A stretch of DNA of 64,000 nt from Sedimentisphaerales bacterium. Lineage in GTDB: Bacteria > Planctomycetota > Phycisphaerae > Sedimentisphaerales > SM23-30. A model generated the notes under the pieces. That model searched no databases. It was not told the DNA's origin and saw only the letters and a list, made by a program, of their open reading frames with translations. Each line of letters begins with the position of its first letter. The first letter of the stretch is position 1. The position numbers were made by a program, and so were the translations under genes. Shown here piece after piece: positions 40,968-51,513 of the stretch. Location: the NCBI GenBank assembly GCA_963666285.1, contig OY762711.1, one strand, 5' to 3'.

Positions 40968-41831
40968 TCAAGCTGATTTCCGTTTCTGTTTTCGGGCTGC
41001 TCTGGCTGCTTCCAGCTTCCTGTCACGTTCGGCATGGATCGCCTCGGCTCTACCCTCAAGCTTATCAATCGGAGTAATATAACCTATCGCACTATGCAAC
41101 CGTTTATTATTATAATGGTCAACAAAGTCTGTTACCAGACGCCGACCATCTTCCAGAGATAACGGCGTTTTTGGTCTAATACAGGTACTTTTGATAGTTT
41201 TATGATACCTTTCCAACTTACCATTACTCTGTGGATAATACGGCGAGGTTCTTACATGTGTCATGCCGCTGAGCCTGATATATTCCTTGAAGTCTTTCGA
41301 TATAAACTGCGGTCCATTGTCAGAGATAATCCTAGGGTTTTCATCCGGGAACTTCTCCCTGGCTTTCTGCAAAATTATCTCTACATCGTATTCTTTCATT
41401 GCTTCACGGATCTCCCAGTGAACAATATAACGGCTGTAGCCGTCCAGAATACTGCACATGTAGTAAAACGTGCCGCAAATATTGAGGTAAGATATGTCTA
41501 TATGCCAATGGTCATGAGCCTGTATCGGCTGAACAAAACCGGTGCCTTTCTTGCTGGCTTTACGGTTCCACCTGTCCATATACCCGGCATCTTTCAATAC
41601 CCGATATACGCTGGAAGGACTTACTGCTACAATATCGGCATCCATCATCATATAACACAATCTGCGATAACCTTCTTTCGAATATCGGCGGAAATAATCT
41701 ATTATCGTCTGTCTCTCGGCTTCGGTCAGCCAGAAATCTCTCGGTATCAGACCATTATGCTCGTTTTCCATGCCGTATCGCTTCTTCCAGTTATAATATT
41801 TACTGCGGGATATGCCCAGCCACTTTATCAT
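40968..41831 (-). CDS. IS3 transposase OrfB (DDE integrase core), probably expressed by -1 frameshift from OrfA
   Basis: WHIDISY, SDNGPQF, PQSNGKLER, YNNKRLHSAIGY. Confidence 0.95.
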   Translation of the reverse strand: MIKWLGISRSKYYNWKKRYGMENEHNGLIPRDFWLTEAERQTIIDYFRRYSKEGYRRLCYMMMDADIVAVSPSSVYRVLKDAGYMDRWNRKASKKGTGFVQPIQAHDHWHIDISYLNICGTFYYMCSILDGYSRYIVHWEIREAMKEYDVEIILQKAREKFPDENPRIISDNGPQFISKDFKEYIRLSGMTHVRTSPYYPQSNGKLERYHKTIKSTCIRPKTPLSLEDGRRLVTDFVDHYNNKRLHSAIGYITPIDKLEGRAEAIHAERDRKLEAARAARKQKRKSA

Positions 41832-41920
41832 GACCTTGGCAACAATTTCAGTTCGGTTGGTCCAGTAGCCTACATAGTCAACTACCTGATCACGAACATC
41901 AGGTTCAGCCCAGGAACCAT

Positions 41921-42244
41921 TTAGTCCTCGCCAAGACTTTTTTTTAGCTTGATATGTGACTCCATAATCTCGGCAATTACTTCATCCTTTTGAGTTATCT
42001 TTGCCTGAAGTTGTGCATTTTGACGCTCTAATCGTTTATCATAAGGAACTTTTCGGCTCTTGGCCTGTTTTGTAAATGCCGCAGCTCCATTTTCAAAAAA
42101 CTGCTTCTGCCAATTGTAAAATACATTAGGATTTAGACCGATTCGCTCGCATATCTCTGACACCGGAACGTTATCAACCAAATGCTCTTTGAGTAACTTT
42201 ACCTTCTCTTCTGCTGAATAATTCTTACGCTTTGCCATGTACAT
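41921..42244 (-). CDS. IS3 transposase OrfA (HTH)
   Basis: KNYSAEEK..HTH..FYNWQKQ; A8G slippery run at 41937-41945. Confidence 0.92.
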   Translation of the reverse strand: MYMAKRKNYSAEEKVKLLKEHLVDNVPVSEICERIGLNPNVFYNWQKQFFENGAAAFTKQAKSRKVPYDKRLERQNAQLQAKITQKDEVIAEIMESHIKLKKSLGED

Positions 42245-45121
42245 TTCCTTTCTGCTAGACTATACTAACAATAATTCAGGAAATGTCCAATTCCAACTGA
42301 AGCAATACAGTAATATATGAACCAGGTGGCAATGAAACTTCTGCAGAAGCTGCGATGATAACATTTAGTATGACAAATTATAGGGTAAGAAACTCAACTT
42401 ATCACGTCACAGCTGATGATTTAAGCTGGTGTTCACTACTTCTTATAGGTTGGAATGCCGGTGGTGATATGAGTGGCTTAGATCCATCAATTATTGAAGC
42501 AGGAATTACCGGTAGGGTCATTTTAACGGGTCATGATGCAGATTTTCATACTGCTAACACACTTCAGAACACACCTGGGGCAGGTTTTTTCCTTGCTCAA
42601 TCAATGAATTATGTTTTAAGCGGTACGGGTGTTGGTATGGTAGCTTTAGGGGATGCGTCTAATGGCTTTTCTAATGATTGGTTACCTGAAAATTGGGGGT
42701 TAAATACTACAAGTGGCTTAACAGAAGAAACAACAATAGAATTTACAGATGATGGACTTGCAACAGGAATATTTGATAATCTAATTCCTAGTGATATGAA
42801 TAATTGGGAATACTCATATCATGTAGTATTTAATAGTTGGGGTAATGGTTTTAGAGCCTACGAGTTTGGTGGTTCTGAAAGCTACCCAGAAGTTATTACA
42901 ATAGGCACACCGTTTAATGCTTACGGTGTCCAATTTACTAAAGAAGATGATGTGCCAGAAGGCGGGTGTGTTTCTCCGGACACAGAAGATGACAACGATA
43001 TAGTATATACTATCTGCTGGAAAAATACATCTGGGTACACATTATATGATGTTCGAATAGTAGATACTCTACCAGAAGGTGTTGATTATCCTGAAGGATG
43101 GGATAGTGTTGACAACAATTTGAATGTAATACCAGGTGATCCTAATTATTCTCAAGAAGACCATACATATACATGGCTTATAGGAACAATAGAGACAGTT
43201 GATGATGGCCCCAACATTCCATGGACTTGCGTTACACTCGATGTTGATGTAAATGAAAATGCCATCCCAGGAATGACCTTATATAATGAAGCTGTAATAA
43301 TAGGTACATATTGTATTGACGTTCCTGACCCAAATGATCCAAATGATATTATAACAACCTGTACTGAGAAAGTTTGGGCGATTGCAACAGAATATACCCC
43401 TGTATGCTGCTGGGATGATTCAAACATTATTTACGTTTCTGAGAAAACTACAGGTGTGGATACCGGCCTGTCATGGGAAAATGCTTATAATACCGAATAT
43501 GGCTTGAAAAAGGCACTAGATAGAGCTTGGGCATCATCATGTAGCGGGCCATATACAATTTATGTAGCACAAGGCACGTATCTGCCTGGGATAACAGAAA
43601 ATGATAGCTTTGTATTGCCCGATGGAACCGAGATTTACGGCGGTTTCCCAACAGGTGGATGCGATTTTGCCAATAGGAACGCAAAGAAATATAAGACAAT
43701 ATTAAGCGGCGATTTAGGTGACTATGAAACTGCTTATACCGTTGTCACTGTGGGTTATGAAGCATTGCTGGATGGTGTAACGGTTACCGATGGCTTTGAA
43801 TACAATATTTACAGTGGAGGTCTTGATTTTACAATAAATAATTGTATTGTCAGTAATAGTATTCAGTATGGTATTTATACATTAGATGCTAACGCAACAA
43901 TCAAGTCATGTATGGTTAAAAATAATGGAGCAGATGGTATATACCATGAAAGTATTTCAAACAATCTCAATGTTTCTAACTCTTGGGTTATGCGAAATAA
44001 TCAATATGGTATAAAATGTGATGGTTCAACTCCTACAATCAAAAACTGTATAATATCTGAAAGTGACCTCTCTGAAGAAGGTAATGAAGGAATTCGTATT
44101 GTAAATCCACCATCCAATCCAGTGCTGCACAACCTGACTATCTCAAACAATAAGTCAGTTGGAATACATTTTGAGGATAATAGCAGCATAGACCCAAATG
44201 ACCCAACTCCGGATTATCCGGATATCCAGAACTGTATAATTTACTATAACAACAGCAGCGGTCCACAGCTGAGCGGCATAGATGCTGATTTTGCTTATTA
44301 CAGCTGCATACAGGACTGTAATAGCGTAAATGCTAATTACAATATAAATTCCATGCCGCAGTTTGCCTACCCGGTTGACCCGGCCGGTGCACCTGACCCG
44401 GAAAATTATCATCTGGCATATAATTCTGTATGTATTGATCAGGGCAACCCATTACTGCTGTATGATGACCAGGTAGATTATGATAATGAAATTCGTGTGG
44501 CAGGCACTTACGTTGATATGGGAGCAGATGAGGTTTATTCTTGTGATGGCAATTATTCCGAAGATGATATTGCCAATGAATACGATTGGAACGCAGACGG
44601 CATAGTCAACCTGGAAGAATTTGAGCTTTTCGCCGGTGCATGGCTGGCAAATGAGCCAAACAGCCCGCCTGCAATTGCAGACCCTAATACCATTATCGGC
44701 TGGAACTCAAACTGCAACCTGGATGAGACCGGCAGCAGCCAGTACAGTATAGACCTGGTGGATTTGACAGTATTTGTTAATGATGTGCCATGGTTGTGGC
44801 AGGCGTGCTGGTACGATAGTAATACTGAAAACGTTGAAGAAATGACAATGATGACAACTTCGGTGACACCTTTGGAATCTATTGCAAGTGTGGCGGCATT
44901 AAGTCTTGATACAGAAACAGAAGCTGCAATAAATCCATATGATAGGATGAGTAATTCTGAACTGGCACAAATCGTCAGTGATATATATTACCTTCAGGAT
45001 TGCGTAGCAGAAAAGATTCTACAGACTTCTAAGGGTAAAGATAAGAAAGATTTACAGGATATTCTGGACTTTTTCGATGAAGAATTAGCCAAAATAGCCG
45101 AATCTTTACAATAAATATTGA

Positions 45122-45163
45122 ACCTGCCTGCCGTTATTTGATATAATAGCGGCAGGTAAGGTT
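45122..45163 (+). terminator. Intergenic stem-loop (terminator or processing site)
   Basis: CCTGCCGTTAT...ATAGCGGCAGG stem between the large gene and the PEP-CTERM cluster. Confidence 0.5.
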
Positions 45164-45192
45164 ATTATTCAGTTGAGTTTACAGGAGAAAAA

Positions 45193-45840
45193 ATGAAATT
45201 TTTACAAATGATGTTAATTTTAATACTGGCTAGCCATTCTTTTGCCAGTATTTATGATTCCAATGGAATTGCAACTGATGGGTATATTTCTGAGGGAGAA
45301 TATGGTTCTAATGTACAGGTAAGCGAAGACAGTATTTTAACAGTAACTGGCGGAGGAGCTGAACAGATTAGACTATTTGATAATTCTCATTTAGAAATCA
45401 TTTCAACTAAAACACCTTTATCAGGCTACTACGAAGGCGGTGGCGGAATATATTATATTACTCCCAGCGATAACAGCACTGTTACTTTTTCTGGTGGTAT
45501 AGCCAACTATATTTATGTCCTAAAAGATGCAGCAGCAATCATCAATGGCGGACAGGTGAATCTGATTAGAAGTATTCAAAAACCTACTGCCGGCGAAACA
45601 ATTACAATTGAATGCTGCGAGGGCTGGTCCTGGCTTTATGATGATGAAGGAGAAATCAACGGCATATCTGGACAATGGTACAAACACAGCAATGATGAAT
45701 TTTCGATAAAATTCCTAAACGATACCATACAATACAAATATCCAGATACTTATACTCATGTAAAGGTTGTTACCCCTGAACCCGCAACTATCGTTCTGCT
45801 TACTCTGGGCGGAGTGATAATGAAAAGACGATGTGTATAA
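45193..45840 (+). CDS. PEP-CTERM protein, tandem paralogue 1
   Basis: RBS AGGAG; signal peptide; TPEPATIVLLTLGG..MKRR. Confidence 0.88.
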   Translation: MKFLQMMLILILASHSFASIYDSNGIATDGYISEGEYGSNVQVSEDSILTVTGGGAEQIRLFDNSHLEIISTKTPLSGYYEGGGGIYYITPSDNSTVTFSGGIANYIYVLKDAAAIINGGQVNLIRSIQKPTAGETITIECCEGWSWLYDDEGEINGISGQWYKHSNDEFSIKFLNDTIQYKYPDTYTHVKVVTPEPATIVLLTLGGVIMKRRCV

Positions 45841-45863
45841 TTCTCTTAATCACAGGAGAAAAA

Positions 45864-46509
45864 ATGAAATTTTCACAAATGATGTTAATACTGGCATTGG
45901 TTAATATCTCATATGGAAGTATTTACGATTCAAATGGTCTTGCAAGCGATGGAATAATTTCTGATGGTGAATATGGCACTAATGTACAGGTAAGTGAAGA
46001 CAGTATTTTAACTTTTACAGGAGGGGGGGGGGGACCAGGTTCGCCTTAGCGATTATTCTCATTTAGAGGTTATTTCAACTAAAACACCATTATCAGGCTA
46101 CTATGAAGGTGGAGGTGGAATATATAACATTGTTCCCAGCGATAACAGCACTGTTACTTTTTCCGGTGGTGTTGCCAACTATATTTATGTCCAAAAAGAT
46201 GCAGCAGCAATCATCAATGGTGGACAGGTCAATCTAATCAGAACCGCACAATATGAATATGTCGGAAAAACAATAACAATAGAATGCTGTGATGGCTGGT
46301 CCTGGCTTTACAATAACGAAGGAGAAATCAACGGCATTACCGGCCAATGGTATAAATACAGTAATGATGAATTTTCGATAAAATTCTTGAATATTGATAA
46401 ACCATTATTAACAGATACTTATACTCATGTAAAGGTTGTTACACCAGAGCCCGCAACAATCGTTCTGCTTACCCTGGGCGGAGTGATAATGAAAAGACGA
46501 TGTGTATAA
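45864..46509 (+). pseudogene. PEP-CTERM protein, tandem paralogue 2, frameshifted at a G11 tract
   Basis: G11 at 46023-46033; G10 would give TGGGGDQVRLSDYSH... and an uninterrupted frame to TPEPATIVLLTLGGVIMKRRCV*. Confidence 0.88.
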
Positions 46510-46532
46510 TTCTCTTAATCACAGGAGAAAAA

Positions 46533-47168
46533 ATGAAATTTTTACAAATGATGTTAATACTGATATTGACTGTTAACATATCCTATGGGAGTGTTCGAGA
46601 TGCTAACGGTATAACCAATGATGGAATAATATCAAATAATGAATATGGCTATAATGTACGAGTAAGCGAAGACAGTGTTTTAACAATTACAGGTGGCGGA
46701 GCTGATGACATTGAATTGAAAGATTATTCTCATTTAGATGTCCTATCAACTAAAACTCCACTATCAGACGGTAATAATGGTGGAGGTGGAATATACAACA
46801 TTGTTCCCAGCGACAACAGCACTGTTACTTTTTCCGGTGGTATAGCCAACTATATTTATGTCCTAAAAGATGCAGCGGCAATCATCAATGGCGGACAGGT
46901 CAATCTGATTAGAAGTATTCAAAAACCTGATCTTGGAAAAACAATCACTATTGACTGCATGCTAAATAGTTGGTCATGGATTGGTGAAGGTGAAAATATT
47001 ACCGGCATAACAGGAAAATGGCATAATGGTGATGATTTCTCAATTACATTTTTGAACGACACAATACAATATAAATATCCTGACACATGGGAACATGTTG
47101 ACGTTATACCAGAACCAGCATCGTTGTTATTACTGGGAATTGGTGGATTACTTTTAAAAAAAGTGTAG
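46533..47168 (+). CDS. PEP-CTERM protein, tandem paralogue 3
   Basis: RBS AGGAG before the ATG at 46533; IPEPASLLLLGIGGLLLKK. Confidence 0.88.
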   Translation: MKFLQMMLILILTVNISYGSVRDANGITNDGIISNNEYGYNVRVSEDSVLTITGGGADDIELKDYSHLDVLSTKTPLSDGNNGGGGIYNIVPSDNSTVTFSGGIANYIYVLKDAAAIINGGQVNLIRSIQKPDLGKTITIDCMLNSWSWIGEGENITGITGKWHNGDDFSITFLNDTIQYKYPDTWEHVDVIPEPASLLLLGIGGLLLKKV

Positions 47169-47211
47169 TTTTCTCTAGAAAACAAAAAACGAAAATAAAA
47201 AGGAGTGACTT

Positions 47212-48429
47212 ATGAAAAAGTATTATGTGCTTATTATGATTTTGAGTCTACTATTATTACTTAATAATTGTTTTGCAATCAGTATAGAGGATTATGCTAC
47301 CGAAAATGGTTTTACGGGAAATGAAACTGACATAACTATTAGATATGCTAATATTGATTCATTAGAAGGATTAGCAAATAACTACCCTTCCTTAAAATGG
47401 CTTAATTTAGTATATAATAATATTACTAGTATAGGTCAAGGAGATTTTTCAGGTTTAACTAGAGTACAGAGAATATATTTAACTGGTAATAAAGTTGGTC
47501 AAATAAGTGATAATGCCTTTTCTGGGCTATATTCTATTAGTCACCTGTATTTAACTGAAAATTCATTAGAGAATGTTAATCTAAACATGTTTGCTGGATT
47601 ACACCAGCTAGATGTTTTAAGTCTCGCTAAAAACAATATCAACAATATCGAAAACGGGAGTTTTAGAGAATTAGTTAATTTGACAAATTTAGATTTGTCG
47701 GAAAATGACCTCAATTCTATAAAATCTACAACATTTGAAGGTATGATAAATCTAAAATATTTGTCATTGAAGAACAACAATATCAATATTTTAGAATCGA
47801 ACCTTTTTGAGAATAATTCAAACCTTGAAAGTGTAATACTATCCGATTGTAAGATTGAATATATTTCCGATAGTGTATTTTCAAATTTAGGTAATATAAA
47901 TCATCTTACTTTTGCAAACAACTATAATTTAAGTTCATTAAATCTTGAAGGAGCAGACTTTAGTTCCTTGGCCTGGTTTGATGTTTCAAATTGTCCTATC
48001 AGCTCTGTTATTCTCAAAAACTCAAAACTAAATCAACTATCATTTGACACGATTATGATTGGTAATGAACCTAACCCAAGAATAACAAGTATAGCAGAGT
48101 TTGATAATGTTATAGAAATGGACATGAGTGGTATAGATTTTTCCATGATTAATGATTTTTCTAAAATGTATTCGATGGATGATCTTGAAACATTATTGTT
48201 AGATGATTCATATAACATTTCAGGTGAGAGTATTTTAGGAATTATAAACGAACTTGATTCTTTAAGTTGCTTAAGTATTGGTAACGATCTTTGGGGCTCT
48301 TTATCACCAGACATCCAATCTCAACTCCAACAATGGTCAGAAATCCCTGATAATGTTTTATTGGTTCCAGAACCAACATCTTTGCTTTTATTAGGGCTTG
48401 GCGGTCTTCTACTTAAAAGAAAGAATTAA
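47212..48429 (+). CDS. Leucine-rich-repeat protein with a PEP-CTERM tail
   Basis: 24-aa L..L.L..N.I..I....F.GL repeats; VPEPTSLLLLGLGGLLLKRK. Confidence 0.9.
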   Translation: MKKYYVLIMILSLLLLLNNCFAISIEDYATENGFTGNETDITIRYANIDSLEGLANNYPSLKWLNLVYNNITSIGQGDFSGLTRVQRIYLTGNKVGQISDNAFSGLYSISHLYLTENSLENVNLNMFAGLHQLDVLSLAKNNINNIENGSFRELVNLTNLDLSENDLNSIKSTTFEGMINLKYLSLKNNNINILESNLFENNSNLESVILSDCKIEYISDSVFSNLGNINHLTFANNYNLSSLNLEGADFSSLAWFDVSNCPISSVILKNSKLNQLSFDTIMIGNEPNPRITSIAEFDNVIEMDMSGIDFSMINDFSKMYSMDDLETLLLDDSYNISGESILGIINELDSLSCLSIGNDLWGSLSPDIQSQLQQWSEIPDNVLLVPEPTSLLLLGLGGLLLKRKN

Positions 48430-49294
48430 ATGACAATCAGACAACTATAAAGAAATTGTTTTGTGTACTATTAATAGTGAATAAAAGTAATTCGAAAACA
48501 ATATAATTTCGACACTCAATTTTGGCTGGTGTGGTTTTCTCTAATTTTCCCTTCTGAATCCCGACCATAACATCATAGGGGAGATCGCACCGGCTTTTAT
48601 TTTAGAAATCAAAATGGACATACATGCTAATTTAGAACATATAGAAAACACAAGTACAAAACCCAATGGAAAGTTTGATAAAGAGCAACCGTTCACACGG
48701 TTACAGTAATAAGATATAAGTAAAAAGAAATAAGCTAAGGTGCGCTTATCGTGAACTATTTTAAAGCTCCGCAAACACAGAATCTGACGCAAATAACGCA
48801 CCTGTGAATGCTTGCGATAAAGATATGTTTCGGGTTCGAGCAGCGTATTTTTATTCTAAGTGTCGAGCCAAGGGGATAGATGCTGAAGAATGCTATCCTG
48901 AGTTCAACAAACACATTCGAGCGGTTCTTGGGTCATAGTTTAGCTTCCTGTGTTCAGTTTTTAGATGAAAAAAAAGGCAAGGCTACAATAAACAGAGTTA
49001 GGTCTCAGATATTAAAAGAAATCACTCCACTCATATTTAATGACAATTGTGTCCGTTCGGTGCACCAATTGTGATTCTGTAGAAGTTGCGTTATAATTGA
49101 TTTGCGGTGATTTATTTTGCCTGATTGTGACATAAATAATCCTGTACTGATTGGGGGGTGGTATATTCAATCAACCAGAACAGATTTTATCAGCTCAATA
49201 AAAACTTACAACGGGTACTTTACCGAACGGATACAAATCAACCAATAAAAGACCGTAACGAAGATATTGAAGTAAGTGAACCCAACGGCCTCTT

Positions 49295-50422
49295 TTAGGG
49301 GCCTTCCTCAGACCTCCTGCTATGCAGTAGGCGTACGTGATTTTCTTTTAGCCATTTGTCAATGTTTTCGGCTTGAAAATTTATCGAATATATTGGTAAA
49401 TTCATATGGTGAGCACCGTCTACTATTAACAGTGTCGTATTGTCTGGTGCGGCATTTAATAGCTCTCTGCTGTGTATAGGCGGAAGATGCTTGTCTTTAC
49501 TGCCATGGATAAGTAGAATTGGTATTGAGGTGTTTTTTATTGCGGCAAGTGTCGTTTCTTGTTTCGGGTCAAATCCAACTATTTCTCCGGCAATATCAAT
49601 AGCATTATAGATTTTTCTCTTATTCAAGTTAACCAGGAATTTTGGTATTCGCATTTCTGTTGAAATGAAATCCAATGATGCTTTTTTTATGCTCGAATAG
49701 GGTTCCATAGCAATGACTTTATCGATCCTGTCGTCCAGTGCGGCGGTATGCAGTGCGGTAGCTGCTCCGTGAGAGCATCCGAAAAGGATCAGGTTGTTGT
49801 GCAGTTTGCCTTGCTTTTCCAGATAGTCAATAGCAGCTATTATCGGTTCGGCTGTTTTGTTGCCGTAGAGTATGTGTTTGCCGGTTGAAAGTCCTTGGCC
49901 GGGCAGGTCGATTGAAATTGTCTGGTAGCCGTAAACCGCCATGATATTTGCCCAATAGTACATTGTCGTCTTAGGTACATATATTCCCGGCAGTATTATT
50001 ACGGTTCCCCTGGGTTTTTGCCATAGTTTTTTGCCGACCGGTTTGAAAGTCAGGGGCAGATTGCTGCTGTTATCATTTTCATAGTCCCAGAATATTTTGT
50101 CGGGAATTTTGTCAGGTGTTTTGTTTTTCATTGCATCCAGCATAGACCGGTAAATATTGCCGGAAGTTATACCCCATTCTGTTTTGGGTTCTATGCCTGC
50201 CACATGCAGCGAGGTATTGTTGTCGATAATAATTCTATCCTGCCAGTCGTATTGGTATTTGTTTAGCTGCTCGCTGCTATAGCTGCCCAACTGCTCAATG
50301 GTTTTGTTTTGGTTTGGAGCAGTGGTGAAATGTGTAGCCATTTTTTGGCTATTAATACAGCCGCTTAGGATAGAAATTAGAAATATGCAGGTGCTATATC
50401 GTATAATTTTAAAACAATACAT
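49295..50422 (-). CDS. Alpha/beta hydrolase lipoprotein
   Basis: Lipobox LSGC; DLPGQG, nucleophile GCSHG, IHGSKD, GAHH. Confidence 0.85.
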   Translation of the reverse strand: MYCFKIIRYSTCIFLISILSGCINSQKMATHFTTAPNQNKTIEQLGSYSSEQLNKYQYDWQDRIIIDNNTSLHVAGIEPKTEWGITSGNIYRSMLDAMKNKTPDKIPDKIFWDYENDNSSNLPLTFKPVGKKLWQKPRGTVIILPGIYVPKTTMYYWANIMAVYGYQTISIDLPGQGLSTGKHILYGNKTAEPIIAAIDYLEKQGKLHNNLILFGCSHGAATALHTAALDDRIDKVIAMEPYSSIKKASLDFISTEMRIPKFLVNLNKRKIYNAIDIAGEIVGFDPKQETTLAAIKNTSIPILLIHGSKDKHLPPIHSRELLNAAPDNTTLLIVDGAHHMNLPIYSINFQAENIDKWLKENHVRLLHSRRSEEGP

Positions 50423-50501
50423 TATATTCCTTTAGTTTGCCAATGCCGCATGTATTACATTGATAATAATTTTTGATAAATACCCGGTTCCGGCTGACGG
50501 C

Positions 50502-51500
50502 CTAGCCAGGTGTATTTTGGGAAAGGCTTTGCTTTGTTTCTTCGATAAAGTTCCTTGCCAGATCGGTTGATTTATCAATCTCATCTGTGGTAGGAGCGTA
50601 CTTGGCAAATTTTACCATATCGCAATGCAAAAGAAATTCCTTAAGTTTGTCTTTATAGTTATCCGGCAAATCGGCACTGGCAGAAGCTTCCTGCAGGAAT
50701 TCTTCCGTAGTACGTTCAGGAGCTTTCAGGTTGAACCTGTGTTCGATATACAGCCTGATAATATAGCTAAGTTTTTCGTAGAATTCTTTAATCTTTCCGG
50801 CTTCAACCAGTTTTTCCGCCAGCAGGGCATTGAGCCTTTCAAGTGCAATTTCATGTGCCGGTCTCTGTATAACCGGTGTTGCAACCAGTTTTTTCTTACT
50901 GCTGAGATAAACCAATAACAGCAGGGCGATTATTATGCCGAATATGCCAAATGCGGCCCCAATTAGCCATGTTTTATCTGCAGGTAGCTCTACAGGGCCT
51001 TTAATATCATTTATCTCAGCTTTTTCTACATCTTCAGGTAGAACATCGGTTACAGAAAAAACAGGAGAATCCAAAATTATTTGTTTTACCTCAGGTTCGC
51101 TGCCGTCATCAGTTTTTTTGTAATATTCCAGGGCAATCTCAAGAGGGGCTATGTCACCGGTGATAAGCGGTTCTATGCGATAGCTGACACTCCTTTGATT
51201 TCTTCCATCGTCCAACAGCTTAACTTCCGGCTTACCACTTTCCAGGACGCCAAAGGTTTCACTGTCAGCCCAATCTGCTTCCAGTTTTGGTAATATAACT
51301 TCATATTCTTCCGGATATGCTGCTTTAAGTTCCAGGTTAAACGTATCGGCGATGGTCAATTGCTTTGCCGAGCTGATGAGTTCGAAAGTGATACCGTCGG
51401 CTTCTTCTTTCTCGTGGTGGCCGGTATTTTTGTCCTGGGCAACTGCCAAGGCCGAGATTACGAATAATAGTAATAATATTCTATGGATTGTTCTATTCAT
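50502..51500 (-). CDS. Bat-operon accessory membrane protein (BatD/DUF4381-like)
   Basis: Signal peptide; DIKGP-TM-PAHEIAL..L, R.YIE.RF...A.E.TTEE, D.VKFAKY; lies downstream of DUF58. Confidence 0.78.
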   Translation of the reverse strand: MNRTIHRILLLLFVISALAVAQDKNTGHHEKEEADGITFELISSAKQLTIADTFNLELKAAYPEEYEVILPKLEADWADSETFGVLESGKPEVKLLDDGRNQRSVSYRIEPLITGDIAPLEIALEYYKKTDDGSEPEVKQIILDSPVFSVTDVLPEDVEKAEINDIKGPVELPADKTWLIGAAFGIFGIIIALLLLVYLSSKKKLVATPVIQRPAHEIALERLNALLAEKLVEAGKIKEFYEKLSYIIRLYIEHRFNLKAPERTTEEFLQEASASADLPDNYKDKLKEFLLHCDMVKFAKYAPTTDEIDKSTDLARNFIEETKQSLSQNTPG

Positions 51501-51513
51501 AATGTTATTTATC

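Larger units (their letters stand above)
40689..42309 (-). mobile_element. IS3-family insertion sequence (1621 bp)
   Basis: 31-bp imperfect IRs TGTACTGGTTCAGCGTGAACTGGACAAATCC / TGTATTGCTTCAGTTGGAATTGGACATTTCC; GTAA target duplication at 40685-40688 and 42310-42313. Confidence 0.95.
40505..45114 (+). pseudogene. Large secreted surface protein (DUF11-like, beta-helix and dockerin-like modules) interrupted by an IS3 element
   Basis: Removing 40689-42313 restores the frame ...KNTPVVIYEPGGNETSAEAAMITF...; signal peptide in the 5' part; IYVAQGTY.P, YGGF, DMGADE, DWNADGIVNL motifs. Confidence 0.88.

Noticed and set aside
45831..46049. 72-aa ORF as an independent small gene
   Set aside because: It is the 5' part of the frameshifted PEP-CTERM paralogue 2; the true start is at 45864.
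45193..47168. Diversity-generating retroelement behind the PEP-CTERM variation
   Set aside because: No reverse transcriptase in the window, and the differences between copies are not adenine-specific.
48430..49290. ORF-poor region with short ORFs and a TCGACACT/AGTGTCGA inverted pair
   Set aside because: May be decayed mobile DNA, but the match is only about 8 bp and no element boundaries could be defined.
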